The notes: generated from the sequence alone by a model not told the origin. Positions 1 through 9,891 are shown, counted from the stretch's first letter. The stretch: 64,000 nt of DNA from an uncultured bacterium (GCA_965662235.1 CBFIGY010000003.1:160001-224000), one strand, 5' to 3'. Numbers and translations are program-made.

Positions 1-182
1 ACTCCGGAAACAGCGTCTTTGGACAAAACACTTCCGAGCCCCCCAGCCTGTTCTCCTACCACCTTCCCAGCAACCGCCTAGAAGTTCGCCCCGTTTTCCC
101 TGTTCCCGCCCTTCACGCTTCCTCCTCCTGGAACTGGAACGTCTTTCAGGCGCAGTTCTGAGCAGGAGGGTTTTGATCAACC

Positions 183-1523
183 ATGATGCCTACCAGCAGT
201 GCCGCGGACCAAACCGCGCTTGACCTGGAGCAGCCCTTTCCGCTCAAGCGGATGTTCTACTCCCGGATCATCCCAGGGCTGTTCCTGACCTTCTCCCTCC
301 TCAGCATCCTGAGCTTCTTGGGCACCCGGAAGCTCATTGAGGAAGTGTACCTCAACCTGGCCAAAAACCGAGCAGAGTCCATCGCCTACAACCTGCAGGC
401 GCAGATGCCTGCCGTCTGGAAGGACTTCCTGCGGACGCACGACCCGGAACCGTTCCTTCAGCAACCTCAGGGCGTTCAGTTGCTGGAAATCATCCATCAG
501 CCCATTGTCGACCGACGGACCGCCCGGTTTAAGCTGTACAGCCGCGACCGCACCATCCTCTACGACCCCAAGCTGGAAAACATCGGCAACTACGAGGACA
601 ATCCGGCCTTGGATCCCGTCTTTCGGCAGGGACAATCGCTGGTGCTCCCCAAGCCTGAGGAGTCCCTCAATGAACTCTACATTCCGGTCCTCAACGATCA
701 GGGACAGATTGAGGTGGTGTTTGAGCTCTATGAGAAGGAATTCTTTCTGGATGTTCTGATCCTCAACAATCAGCTTCCCACCCTCGGGATTCCTCTCCTG
801 CTCTTTGTCGGACTCTTTTCCTACCTCTTCTTTCTAGTGGCTCGAGCGCAGCGCGAAATTGACGGGCAGGTGCAGTTCCTCCGTTCCATTCGGAGCAAGC
901 TGGAGCAGTTTGTTTCCTCCGGAACCATCCAGGCCGCGGTGCTTTCCTCAGAGGTTGCTGAAATTCCTCCTCAGCGCATTGCCACCACCATTTACTACTC
1001 GGACGTCCGCCGCTTCACCAGCCTTGCCGATACGTCTCCTCCCACGGAGGTCGTTGCCTACCTCAACCAAGTGATGTCGGTCCAGATCGAGATCATCAAG
1101 AAGTACCAAGGCGACATCGACAAGCTCATTGGCGACGCCGTCATGGCGCAATTTGATGGCACCGACGGAGAGCGACGGGCTCTGCAGGCCGCTCAGGAGA
1201 TCATTCAGACGTTGGCACCGCAGAACCTTGTCCGGGGCATCGGCATCGGCATTCAGTCCGGAGACGTCCTCGCCTGCGCCGTGGGATCGGCCCAGCGTAA
1301 GGACTTCACCCTCATTGGAGACACCGTCAACCTTGCTGCTCGGCTGTGCTCAGCAGCAAGAAAGTGGGAAATTGTGGTAGAAGACCGCACTCTCAGGCAT
1401 AGTGGTTTGAGGGGTTCTGAATTTTCCGGACCCGAGCCCATTCGAGTCAAGGGACACGATTCGCCCCTAGAAGTCTTCCGCTGGTCTCCTGAAGCCCTCT
1501 CAGAGACCCCGGACGCTCCCTGA
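183..1523 (+). CDS. Membrane-anchored class III adenylate cyclase (2 TM flanking an extracytoplasmic sensor domain)
   Basis: TM segments at about aa 27-47 and 200-220; catalytic motifs YSDVRRFT, DKLIGDAVM (ATP-specifying Lys, second metal Asp) and DFTLIGDTVNLAARL. Confidence 0.9.
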   Translation: MMPTSSAADQTALDLEQPFPLKRMFYSRIIPGLFLTFSLLSILSFLGTRKLIEEVYLNLAKNRAESIAYNLQAQMPAVWKDFLRTHDPEPFLQQPQGVQLLEIIHQPIVDRRTARFKLYSRDRTILYDPKLENIGNYEDNPALDPVFRQGQSLVLPKPEESLNELYIPVLNDQGQIEVVFELYEKEFFLDVLILNNQLPTLGIPLLLFVGLFSYLFFLVARAQREIDGQVQFLRSIRSKLEQFVSSGTIQAAVLSSEVAEIPPQRIATTIYYSDVRRFTSLADTSPPTEVVAYLNQVMSVQIEIIKKYQGDIDKLIGDAVMAQFDGTDGERRALQAAQEIIQTLAPQNLVRGIGIGIQSGDVLACAVGSAQRKDFTLIGDTVNLAARLCSAARKWEIVVEDRTLRHSGLRGSEFSGPEPIRVKGHDSPLEVFRWSPEALSETPDAP

Positions 1524-1553
1524 ACGCGCAACCTCATCTGTATCTGACTTTCA

Positions 1554-3677
1554 ATGAATTCCCGCCTCATTGACTTCCCCCACCGCCTCCTCCGGACCCT
1601 GCGTTCCTGGGGATGGCTGCTGGTGCTGGTGTTCTCCGTCTCGCTTACCCATGGACAGAGCACCAAGGGCATCGCCCCTGCCGGAACTCCTGTGGCCCCT
1701 GATTCCGGACAACGCTGGGCCCTTGTCATCGGCAACGCCAACTACGACACCTCTCCTCTGCGCAACCCCATCAACGACGCCCGTGCCATTGCGCAGGTGC
1801 TGGAGACCCTCAACTTCCAGGTGACGTTGCTGGAAAACGCCTCTCAGCGTGACATGAAGAAAGCCATCGACCGCTTCGGGCAGGCACTTCAGGAGGGCGG
1901 CACCGGCCTCTTCTACTATTCGGGACACGGTGTGCAGGTGGGAGGACGAAATTACCTCGTTCCCGTTGGAGCCAGCATTGTCAGCGAGCCTGATGTTGAG
2001 TATGAGGCCGTGGACGCCGGACGGATCCTTGCCAAGATGGAAGCCGCCCGCAACGAAATGAATCTCGTCATCCTTGACGCCTGCCGCAACAACCCCTTTG
2101 CCAGTCAATTCCGGACCGCCAACCAGGGACTTGCGACCCTGAACGCGCCCGCGGGCACCTTCATTTCCTACGCGACGGCTCCCGGATCCGTTGCCTCTGA
2201 CGGCGAAGGACAAAACGGTCTCTACACCGGCGAGTTGGTTCAGCACATGAGTACCCCCGGGCTCAAGCTTGAGGAGGTTTTCAAACGCGTCCGCTCCGGA
2301 GTGCAGGCCAAAAGCAACGGCGCCCAGATTCCGTGGGACGCCTCCTCCCTCACAGGAGACTTCTACTTCCTTCCAGCTGAGGTGGCAGCGCCAGAGCCTC
2401 CGGTTGTTGCTCAAGCAGCACCTGCTGCCCCCGCAGCGCCAGCCCCCAGCCGATACCGTCCGGACGAGGAGGCATGGGAAATTGTGAAGGAATCAGACAA
2501 TCCCACCGACCTCCAGTTCTTCATCAATCAGTTCCCAGAAAGCCCCTTACGGCAAACCGCCCAGCTGAAGATGCGCATCCTGCAGTCCAAGGAGGATCAG
2601 CGTCAGAAGGAAGCCGATCAGAAGCTCCAAGAAGCGGAACGTCGGCAACGTGAAGCCGCCGAGAAGCTGGCAGAAGCAGAACGTCGGCAGCGTGAAGCCG
2701 AGGAACGGCTCACCTCCCAGCAGCAAGCACCGGCCCGCCCTCAGGTGACTGGCCCTCCCCCCCTGAAACCAGGGGAGCGGCACATGTACGTCCCTCCGGA
2801 GTTCTTTGACCAGGTCATTGAGTACCGAGGCCACACCTACGCCCTCACACGCTACCGCTACAGTTTTGACGCCGCAGAGTCCTTGGCTCAGCGGTTTGGC
2901 GGACACTTGGTTCGGATTGATGACCGTGGGGAAAACCGCATGCTCTTCAAGGAGTACCAGCGGGTGCACCGCGATCACGCCGTCTGGTTAGGGTTTTCCG
3001 ATCAGGAGGAAGAGGGGACGTTTCGCTGGACCGATGGCAGCGAGAGTGCCCTGTTCGACTTCCGGGCGTGGGGAAAGGGACAACCCGACAACTGGCAACG
3101 GCGAGAGGACTGTGTCGAGATGCGCTTCCGGTCTTGGGATCCGCAAAGCATGCCGCTCGGCGGTTGGAACGATGCCCCTTGCACCGGACAGATGCGGGCC
3201 TTTGTTGAGTGGTCAAGCACCGACCTGCCCCGGACGCTGGAAGGCGCCCATCAGCAGCCCATGCTTCCTGTTGCTCAAGAACCGGGAAACGGTTTCAGTC
3301 CAGGGTGGAAGCTGTCAGCCCTGCTCGTCACGCTCGGAACCACGGTTGCTTCCTTGAACCAAGCGAGCGCGTACAACGACCTCGCCAATCAAAACAGTTC
3401 CCTCAAGCAGCAATACGCCTCCACTTACGACTCTGATGAGCGTGAAGCCCTGGAGACCCAGTATGCCAGCAATCAAGAGCAGATGAAGTCCCTCAGTTCC
3501 AGCATCCAAACGCTGGACACCGTTAGTGTCATTGGCGCCCTGGCGCTGGCGTACATGTACTTCTCCGAAGACGAAAGCCCCGCCCGCCTAGTGGGTCAGC
3601 GCTCCTGGGCACAACCCGAGTGGCGCCTCAGCCAGAGCCCCAACCATTGGAAAACGGAGTGGACATGGCACTTTTGA
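1554..3677 (+). CDS. Secreted caspase-family (peptidase C14) protein fused to a coiled coil, C-type lectin domain and C-terminal hydrophobic hairpin
   Basis: Signal-peptide-like N-terminus; RWALVIGNANY, LRNPINDA, FYYSGHG (His), ILDACR (Cys); lectin motifs VWLG, GQPDN, EDCV, WNDAPC; ends WKTEWTWHF. Confidence 0.88.
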   Translation: MNSRLIDFPHRLLRTLRSWGWLLVLVFSVSLTHGQSTKGIAPAGTPVAPDSGQRWALVIGNANYDTSPLRNPINDARAIAQVLETLNFQVTLLENASQRDMKKAIDRFGQALQEGGTGLFYYSGHGVQVGGRNYLVPVGASIVSEPDVEYEAVDAGRILAKMEAARNEMNLVILDACRNNPFASQFRTANQGLATLNAPAGTFISYATAPGSVASDGEGQNGLYTGELVQHMSTPGLKLEEVFKRVRSGVQAKSNGAQIPWDASSLTGDFYFLPAEVAAPEPPVVAQAAPAAPAAPAPSRYRPDEEAWEIVKESDNPTDLQFFINQFPESPLRQTAQLKMRILQSKEDQRQKEADQKLQEAERRQREAAEKLAEAERRQREAEERLTSQQQAPARPQVTGPPPLKPGERHMYVPPEFFDQVIEYRGHTYALTRYRYSFDAAESLAQRFGGHLVRIDDRGENRMLFKEYQRVHRDHAVWLGFSDQEEEGTFRWTDGSESALFDFRAWGKGQPDNWQRREDCVEMRFRSWDPQSMPLGGWNDAPCTGQMRAFVEWSSTDLPRTLEGAHQQPMLPVAQEPGNGFSPGWKLSALLVTLGTTVASLNQASAYNDLANQNSSLKQQYASTYDSDEREALETQYASNQEQMKSLSSSIQTLDTVSVIGALALAYMYFSEDESPARLVGQRSWAQPEWRLSQSPNHWKTEWTWHF
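2589..2714 (+). repeat. Three tandem 42-bp (14-aa) coiled-coil repeats inside the caspase gene
   Basis: KEDQRQKEADQKLQ / EAERRQREAAEKLA / EAERRQREAEERLT; DNA copies gaagcggaacgtcggcaacgtgaagcc (2631) and gaagcagaacgtcggcagcgtgaagcc (2673). Confidence 0.85.
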
Positions 3678-5272
3678 ACCGGCCAGGGTGGCCCCTCCTC
3701 CTGGGCGCGCTTCTGCTACTTGAAGCCTGCGGGTCCCTCTCTCTGAAGGACCAGGAGTTGGAAAGCGATCAAATCACAGATGGGTCAGAGCTGACCCGCG
3801 CCACGACGGAGTCTTGCACCGCCGTGTGTGATGGGTTGGTGGCCTATTACCCCTTCTTTGGCAACGCTCATGACACCTCCGGAAACAGCCTAGATGCCCA
3901 GGTCTTGGGAGCGGAACTGACCACCGACCGAGACGGCAACGAAAACCGTGCCTACCGTTTCAACAGCAGCACCGTGGTCAATAGCACCACGACCCACATT
4001 GAGCTTCCCCTGTCTGACCTGACTTCTCACCTAGAGCAAGCGGATTACACGCTCGTGGCCTGGGTTAAGCCGGAATCGGTTCCATCTGGAAGCGACGACA
4101 ACTGGAACGCCCAAGGCATCCTCTTTACCGAAAATGACGGATATGGCCTGAGGTACCACTACCGACCGGTTCTGGAAATGTCCAACCACCTCTATGACGG
4201 TGACAACGAAGGTCTCGACTGGGGAGGGCAACAAGCCGGGGAAGGACAAGCACCCGGAACCTACTACCACGTCGCCGGAGTCGTGAGCACGCAGGAACGG
4301 ACCACCCGCATCTATATCAATGGCGAGGCGGCTGGCTGGGGTGACGACACGGTCAGGGAGTGGGACGATGAAGGATATCCCGACCCCCAACAGAATCCCA
4401 AGCAGTGGCTGATCGGCACCCTAGACTCGGCAACTCTCAAACAAACATTCGATGGCGTCATTGACGAGGTCCGGATGTACAACCGGGCCTTGAGCAGCAG
4501 TGAAATTCAGCAGCTCTATCGAGGAGAGCCTGAAGACCCCACACCGACCATGAGGAAGACCACAGCCTTCTGCTCACGAATCTGCACGGGGCTCGTGGTC
4601 TACCTTCCTTTTATGGGAAGTTATCAAGACGTCGACTACGACACCTTTTCCAACCCGATCGACTCCAACCAGATTTCTATCATTGATGAGTTCAACACCG
4701 TTCCGACACTAACGTCTGACCGAGACCGAGTCGCCAATGCGGCTTACTTCTTTGATGGATTCAGTGACTCACTGACCCTCAAAAACATGAACACCGTTTT
4801 GTCCGACAACGCCTCTTTTACCGTCGCCCTCACCGCAAAACTAGAGAATACTTCTTCCTTCCCAAACCTACACGCAGGCACTTACTACACCGTTGACACG
4901 CTCATCCGGAACGTCAATTACGGAATCTCTGTGCAGTATCACCGTTATGAAGACGGCGGCAACAACCTTTGGTTCACGGTCGGTAACAGTGGTGCAGGTG
5001 AAGAGTCCGCCTTCTCTGGAAATACCGACCCACTGATTTACAACCACATTGTTGGCGTTGCCGATGCGAGCGCGCAAACGATCTCCCTGTATGCAAACGG
5101 GAAGCTTTTGGATGTAAAGGTCTGGGATGGAGAGTCTCAAGTGGGAACGGATTGGTACCTGAGCGACGGGAACAACATCAGCAACAGCCACTTCGGTGGA
5201 GTTCTCGACGAGGTCCGGATCTACAACCGAGCCCTCTCTGCCGAGGAAGTGCAGCAGCTTTACGGGCCCTGA
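3665..5272 (+). CDS. Lipoprotein with two tandem LamG/concanavalin-A-like (Laminin_G_3) domains
   Basis: ATG 3665 after GGAG, overlapping the caspase gene end; lipobox-like LLLEA-C; two modules starting GLVAYYPF/GLVVYLPF and ending FxGVxDEVRxYNRALSxxExQQLY. Confidence 0.85.
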   Translation: MALLNRPGWPLLLGALLLLEACGSLSLKDQELESDQITDGSELTRATTESCTAVCDGLVAYYPFFGNAHDTSGNSLDAQVLGAELTTDRDGNENRAYRFNSSTVVNSTTTHIELPLSDLTSHLEQADYTLVAWVKPESVPSGSDDNWNAQGILFTENDGYGLRYHYRPVLEMSNHLYDGDNEGLDWGGQQAGEGQAPGTYYHVAGVVSTQERTTRIYINGEAAGWGDDTVREWDDEGYPDPQQNPKQWLIGTLDSATLKQTFDGVIDEVRMYNRALSSSEIQQLYRGEPEDPTPTMRKTTAFCSRICTGLVVYLPFMGSYQDVDYDTFSNPIDSNQISIIDEFNTVPTLTSDRDRVANAAYFFDGFSDSLTLKNMNTVLSDNASFTVALTAKLENTSSFPNLHAGTYYTVDTLIRNVNYGISVQYHRYEDGGNNLWFTVGNSGAGEESAFSGNTDPLIYNHIVGVADASAQTISLYANGKLLDVKVWDGESQVGTDWYLSDGNNISNSHFGGVLDEVRIYNRALSAEEVQQLYGP

Positions 5273-5273
5273 A

Positions 5274-5293
5274 GGCAGGCCCGAAGACCTGCC
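5274..5293. terminator. Hairpin between the convergent LamG gene and ald
   Basis: ggcagg-N8-cctgcc; no U-tract. Confidence 0.35.
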
Positions 5294-5312
5294 AAGGCAT
5301 AATGGAGGGAGC

Positions 5313-6425
5313 TTACAGGAAGGACTGCGCGGGCGTGTAGTCGTAGCCGAGGGAGGTCGCCACTCCTTCGCAGGTTACGTTGCCAGCGTGGGTGTTCAGT
5401 CCCAGCTCAAGGGCGCGGTCCGCTTGGCACGCGGCCTTCCAGCCTTTGTTTGCCAACTGGACGGCATACGGCAGCGTCACATTGGTCAGCGCTAGGGTGG
5501 AGGTCCGGGGCACAGCACCCGGCATGTTTCCCACCGAGTAGTGCACCACTCCATGCTTTTCATAGGTGGGGTTGTCGTGATAGGTCACACGATCAATGGT
5601 CTCAATGCACCCACCTTGGTCAATGGCCACGTCCACAATGACGGATCCCGGCTGCATGGCCTGCACCATTGACTCCGTGACCAGGTGCGGCGCCTTGGTT
5701 CCCGGAATCAGCACTCCGCCCACAAGCAGGTCACATTCGGCCACGGCCTCTGCAATGTTGTGGCTATTGGACATCACGGTCTTGACGCGTCCCATGAACA
5801 CGTCGTCGAGGTACCGGAGCCGGTCGGCGCTGATGTCCAGAATCGTCACCTCCGCCCCCAGGCCAACGGCCATTTTGGCTGAGTTGATGCCCACCACGCC
5901 TCCACCGAGCACGGTCACTTTTCCCGGACGCACCCCGGGAACTCCGCCCAGCAGCACCCCGCGTCCGCCCTGAGGCTTTTCCAAGAAGCGCGCACCGATC
6001 TGCACCGCCATCCGTCCGGCCACCTCGCTCATCGGTGTCAGAAGCGGGAGGCTTCGGTCAGGCAGCTGAACGGTTTCATAAGCCACGGCGGTCACCTTGG
6101 CCTCCACCAGCGCCTGCGTCAGAGGTCCTTCTGCAGCAAGGTGCAGGTAGGTGTAGAGCAGCAGATCGTCTCGGAAGTAAGCAAACTCCTCCTTCAGTGG
6201 CTCCTTCACCTTGACCACCATCTCATTGGCCCATGCTTCTTGTGCGGACCCGACCAGGGTGGCCCCAGCGGCTTCATAATCGGCATCCGGAAACCCGCTG
6301 CCGACACCGGCTTGGGTTTCCACTTGAACAGCATGGCCGTGCTTCACAAGCTCAGCAACGCCCGCCGGGGTCATGCCGACCCGATTCTCGAGGGTTTTGA
6401 TTTCTTTAGGGACTCCAATGCGCAT
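5313..6425 (-). CDS. ald: Alanine dehydrogenase
   Basis: [56 protein letters not shown]. Confidence 0.97.
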   Translation of the reverse strand: MRIGVPKEIKTLENRVGMTPAGVAELVKHGHAVQVETQAGVGSGFPDADYEAAGATLVGSAQEAWANEMVVKVKEPLKEEFAYFRDDLLLYTYLHLAAEGPLTQALVEAKVTAVAYETVQLPDRSLPLLTPMSEVAGRMAVQIGARFLEKPQGGRGVLLGGVPGVRPGKVTVLGGGVVGINSAKMAVGLGAEVTILDISADRLRYLDDVFMGRVKTVMSNSHNIAEAVAECDLLVGGVLIPGTKAPHLVTESMVQAMQPGSVIVDVAIDQGGCIETIDRVTYHDNPTYEKHGVVHYSVGNMPGAVPRTSTLALTNVTLPYAVQLANKGWKAACQADRALELGLNTHAGNVTCEGVATSLGYDYTPAQSFL

Positions 6426-6656
6426 GGGACTCTCTCCGGTGAAAAAAGCAATCGGCTCTGCTTGCGGGCAACGAGCCAGGAAAATAGGACTATTTTGGGG
6501 GGAGCCGGACGGACAATCAACCCTTCTACCGGCTCCAAGGCGGGTTGGCAGAGAAAACGGGAAAAAGCGGCTCCTAGACTCCCGAAAACCAAATGTTTTT
6601 CTGTTTCCTGATGGAATTCCGCGTTACGTTTTCGGGAAAACCCAGGAGCCGGTGTG

Positions 6657-8006
6657 TCAGTTCAGCGCCTGATTGAGGGCGTTCTGCAGGGTCTCCACCA
6701 TGCGGTCTGCATCTGCGGGTTGCAGGACCAGCGGTGGCGCCATGATGACGACGTTGCTGCGTCCCGGAACCGTGTTGCCGTTTCGGCCCACCAGCACTCC
6801 ATTTTGCTGGCAGTGGGCAATGATGCCCCCGACCTTGGCGCCATCCAGCGGAACCTTTGTCTCGCGGTCTTCCACCAGCTCCACCCCCATGAGCAAGCCC
6901 TTGCCCCGGATTTCACCCACCCAGGGGTGTGCGCCTAAGGAGTCACGCAGGAGGTTCATGGTGTATTCCCCCATCTGGCGAGCATTCTCCGGAAGCGCTT
7001 CCCGCTCAATGATCTCAATGTTCCGCAGGCCCACCGCTGTAGAAACGGGGTGTCCGCCGTAGGTGTTGATCTGCCGGAAGTGGCTCAGCCCAGAAGGATC
7101 GCCGTAGAACTTCTCAAAGATATGATCCTGCACCATTGTCGCGGCCAACGGCATGTAGCCGCTGGAGATGCCCTTGGCAAAGCTGAAGATGTCAGCGTAG
7201 GTGTTCCAGTTCTGGTGCCCGAACATCTTGCCCGTCCGGCCAAATCCGGAAACGACCTCATCAAAGATCAACAGGACGCCATAACGGTCACAGATCTCCC
7301 GGACGCGTGGAATGTAGTTATCCGGTGGCACGAGAATGCCGCCTCCGGAAATCATCGGCTCCATGATGAAGGCCGCAACGGTCTCAGCCCCCTCGTGAAT
7401 GATGGTCTCTTCCAGCATCCGGGCGCATTCCTCGCCATGCTCCTCAGCCGTCAGCTTCGGGTGGGCGCGATACGGATAAGGCGGCATGATGTGCAGAAAA
7501 CCGGGCGGCATCGGGTCGTATCCCATTTTCCGCTCCGCCTGTCCGGTCGCTGCCATGGAGCCCATGGTGTTGCCGTGATAAGCACGGTGCCGGGAGATGA
7601 TCTTGTACCGGCGCTCGCCCCCGGGCTTTCCGGACTGCAGGTGGTACTGACGGGCGATCTTGAAGGCCACCTCGTTCGCCTCGGAGCCGCTGCTGGAAAA
7701 GTACACGTGTCCTTCCAACCCCAGCATGGTCTTGAGCTTGTTGGCCAAGTCCACCGCAGGACTGTGGGTCATGACCGGAGCCAGGTAGGCCATGGTCTCC
7801 ATCTGTTCCTTGGCCACTTCTGCCAATTCACTCCGTCCGTAGCCAACGTTCACACACCAGAGGCCCGCCAGGCCATCCAGGTAGGTCTTGCCATCTTGGT
7901 CAGTGATGTAACAGCCCTTGGCCGTCACCATTTTATTGGCAGGCTTGTCTTGAAAGAGCTGGTGCTGCGTCATCGGACGCCACAAGTAATCAGGAGTCAG
8001 GCTCAT
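6657..8006 (-). CDS. tpa: Class III aminotransferase, probable taurine:pyruvate aminotransferase
   Basis: DGLAGLWCVNVGYGR, SGSEAN, DEVVSGFGRTG, FAKG (PLP Lys); lies between xsc and ald. Confidence 0.8.
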   Translation of the reverse strand: MSLTPDYLWRPMTQHQLFQDKPANKMVTAKGCYITDQDGKTYLDGLAGLWCVNVGYGRSELAEVAKEQMETMAYLAPVMTHSPAVDLANKLKTMLGLEGHVYFSSSGSEANEVAFKIARQYHLQSGKPGGERRYKIISRHRAYHGNTMGSMAATGQAERKMGYDPMPPGFLHIMPPYPYRAHPKLTAEEHGEECARMLEETIIHEGAETVAAFIMEPMISGGGILVPPDNYIPRVREICDRYGVLLIFDEVVSGFGRTGKMFGHQNWNTYADIFSFAKGISSGYMPLAATMVQDHIFEKFYGDPSGLSHFRQINTYGGHPVSTAVGLRNIEIIEREALPENARQMGEYTMNLLRDSLGAHPWVGEIRGKGLLMGVELVEDRETKVPLDGAKVGGIIAHCQQNGVLVGRNGNTVPGRSNVVIMAPPLVLQPADADRMVETLQNALNQALN

Positions 8007-8118
8007 GGGAAATCCTCGTCAAAGGCACGAAAAAGAAGAGACGGACGTCTCTTGGAAACCTGGAAACAGGCGGGATCCCGTCACTCCAGGAGGCAGGTGC
8101 CTCCCGGAGCACGGAGGC

Positions 8119-9834
8119 TTACTGGTACTTCTGCAGCAAGCGGACGGGGACCTTGAGCGCGTCCCGACGGAAGGGCTCTGCGAGCACATTGGCGCCGCCT
8201 TCAATGACGCCTTCAATGACGCAGGGCTTTCCGGAAGCAATGGCTTCCTGCACCACGTCCTGGACGTCATTGTAGTCCTCAACCCGGAAGCCCAAGGCAC
8301 CCATGTCCTTGGCCAGTTGAGCGTAGTTGGGGTTGGTCTTCAGGTTGGTTCCCACGTAGCGGTCTCCATAGAAGTCCACCTGATTCTTCTTCTCAGCACC
8401 CCACTCCATGTTGTTGGCCACCACGGCAATGACCGGAATGTCCTCACGGACCGCGGTCATCACCTCAGACAGTCCGCTGATGCCCCAAGCGCCATCGCCT
8501 TGGAAAGCAAAGACCGGTTTGTCCGGACGTCCCATCTTGGCGCCCATTGCCGCTCCGTAGGCAAAGCCACAGTTCCCCCAGCTCAGTGCCGCAAGGAACT
8601 GGCGGTTCTCAGTGAAGGTGAAGTAGCTGTTGGACATGGAGCAGTTGTTGCCGATGTCCGTGCTGATGATCGACCCTTCCGGAATGGCCGCAGACAGTTC
8701 ACGCAGGAAGCGTCGCGGGTGCATCAGCTTGTTCGTCGAGGTGGACCACTGCTCCTTCTCGTCTTCCCAGATCTGCTTCTCGCGAGAAACGGCTTCCATC
8801 ACCTCCGGGTTGGGTTCCAGTCCAGGCTTGAGGGACCGCAGCTCGGTCAGCAGCTCCCGGGTGAATTCCTTCACATCCGCCAAGCACGCCAGGTCCACCC
8901 GCCGGGTCAATCCCAGCACCTTGTGGTTGGCATCCACCTGAATGAGCTTGGCGCCGGCAGGCCAGTACTCCATGTCGTACTGCGGGAGGGTTCCGAACGG
9001 GCCCAAGCGGGTTCCCAGACAGATCACCACATCTGCCTGCGCGATGGTGCGCATGGCGGCCTTCGAACCGCAGTAACCAATCGGCCCCAAGGCCAACGGA
9101 TGCTGGTACGGGAAGGAATCGTTGTGCAGGTAGGTGTTGATGACCGGCAGCGTCATGTACTCTGCCAGAGCCTTGACCTCTTCCAACGCGTTCGACTGAG
9201 AAACACCGCCTCCCGCTAGGATGACCGGATTCTTGGCCGCAGCGATCATCTTCGCCGCCTCTTCTAGGTTTGCCCGAGAACCCGCACCTTGGGTCACATC
9301 CGGAGACGGGTAGACCTCATAATCGGTTTCTCCATAAAAGAGGTCCCGCGGAATGTTCAGCTGCGTGGGGCCCATGTCGGTCTTGGCGCGGTAGAAGCAC
9401 TGACGCGCAAACTCCGCCATCCGCTCGTAGCGGTTGACGTGTGCCTGAAACACCGTCTGCTTCTCAAACATCGGAAGCTGCTCCAGCTCCTGAAAACCTC
9501 CGTGCCCAATGCCCATCGTCCCAGTCTCAGGAGTGATGCAGACCACCGGAGAGTGCGCCCAGTAAGCAGCCGCCATGGCAGAAACAAAGTTCGCAATTCC
9601 AGGACCGTTCTGCGCGATGCAGACCTGCGGCTTCCCGGTCACCCGAGCCATGCCGTCTGCAGCATGTCCCGCTGCCTGCTCGTGCGCCACCGGCACAAAA
9701 CGGATGCCAGCCTGTGGGAAAATATCCAGAGCATCCATGAAGGCCGATCCCACAATCCCGAAGACCGTGTCCACGCCCTCTGCCACCAAAGTTTCCACCA
9801 GCGCTTCGCTGGGACTCATCCGTTCTTTTGCCAT
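8119..9834 (-). CDS. xsc: Sulfoacetaldehyde acetyltransferase (ThDP)
   Basis: FGIVGSAFMDALDIFP, AQNGPGIANF, AAYWAHSP, LGPFGTLPQY, GDGAWG, WGAEKKNQ, EPFRRDA. Confidence 0.95.
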   Translation of the reverse strand: MAKERMSPSEALVETLVAEGVDTVFGIVGSAFMDALDIFPQAGIRFVPVAHEQAAGHAADGMARVTGKPQVCIAQNGPGIANFVSAMAAAYWAHSPVVCITPETGTMGIGHGGFQELEQLPMFEKQTVFQAHVNRYERMAEFARQCFYRAKTDMGPTQLNIPRDLFYGETDYEVYPSPDVTQGAGSRANLEEAAKMIAAAKNPVILAGGGVSQSNALEEVKALAEYMTLPVINTYLHNDSFPYQHPLALGPIGYCGSKAAMRTIAQADVVICLGTRLGPFGTLPQYDMEYWPAGAKLIQVDANHKVLGLTRRVDLACLADVKEFTRELLTELRSLKPGLEPNPEVMEAVSREKQIWEDEKEQWSTSTNKLMHPRRFLRELSAAIPEGSIISTDIGNNCSMSNSYFTFTENRQFLAALSWGNCGFAYGAAMGAKMGRPDKPVFAFQGDGAWGISGLSEVMTAVREDIPVIAVVANNMEWGAEKKNQVDFYGDRYVGTNLKTNPNYAQLAKDMGALGFRVEDYNDVQDVVQEAIASGKPCVIEGVIEGGANVLAEPFRRDALKVPVRLLQKYQ

Positions 9835-9874
9835 TGTCCTCTCCGTACCTAGCTCGTCCTAAGGAAAACATTTT

Positions 9875-9891
9875 TGAGACCTTTGGTCTCA
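9875..9891. promoter_or_regulatory. Perfect 7-3-7 palindrome, candidate IclR operator for xsc
   Basis: TGAGACC-TTT-GGTCTCA; the half-site TGAGACC recurs at 9981-9987. Confidence 0.6.

Noticed and set aside
2589..2714. CRISPR-like repeats
   Set aside because: In-frame coding repeats with no spacers; no cas genes in the window
4463..5263. DGR template/variable repeat pair (prompted by the lectin folds)
   Set aside because: Similarity is short, mismatches are not adenine-specific, both copies are coding domain ends, and there is no reverse transcriptase
6426..6656. Riboswitch upstream of ald
   Set aside because: Only one 8-bp stem (ggagccgg/ccggctcc); no known aptamer motif recognised
7050..9219. 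Long + strand ORFs (368 and 404 aa) and similar ones at 12090, 15799, 29753, 36034 and 44145
   Set aside because: Antisense shadows of well-supported genes in GC-rich DNA; no recognisable motifs
8119..9834. Acetolactate synthase ilvB
   Set aside because: Xsc-specific motifs and tpa/ald context; no ilvN
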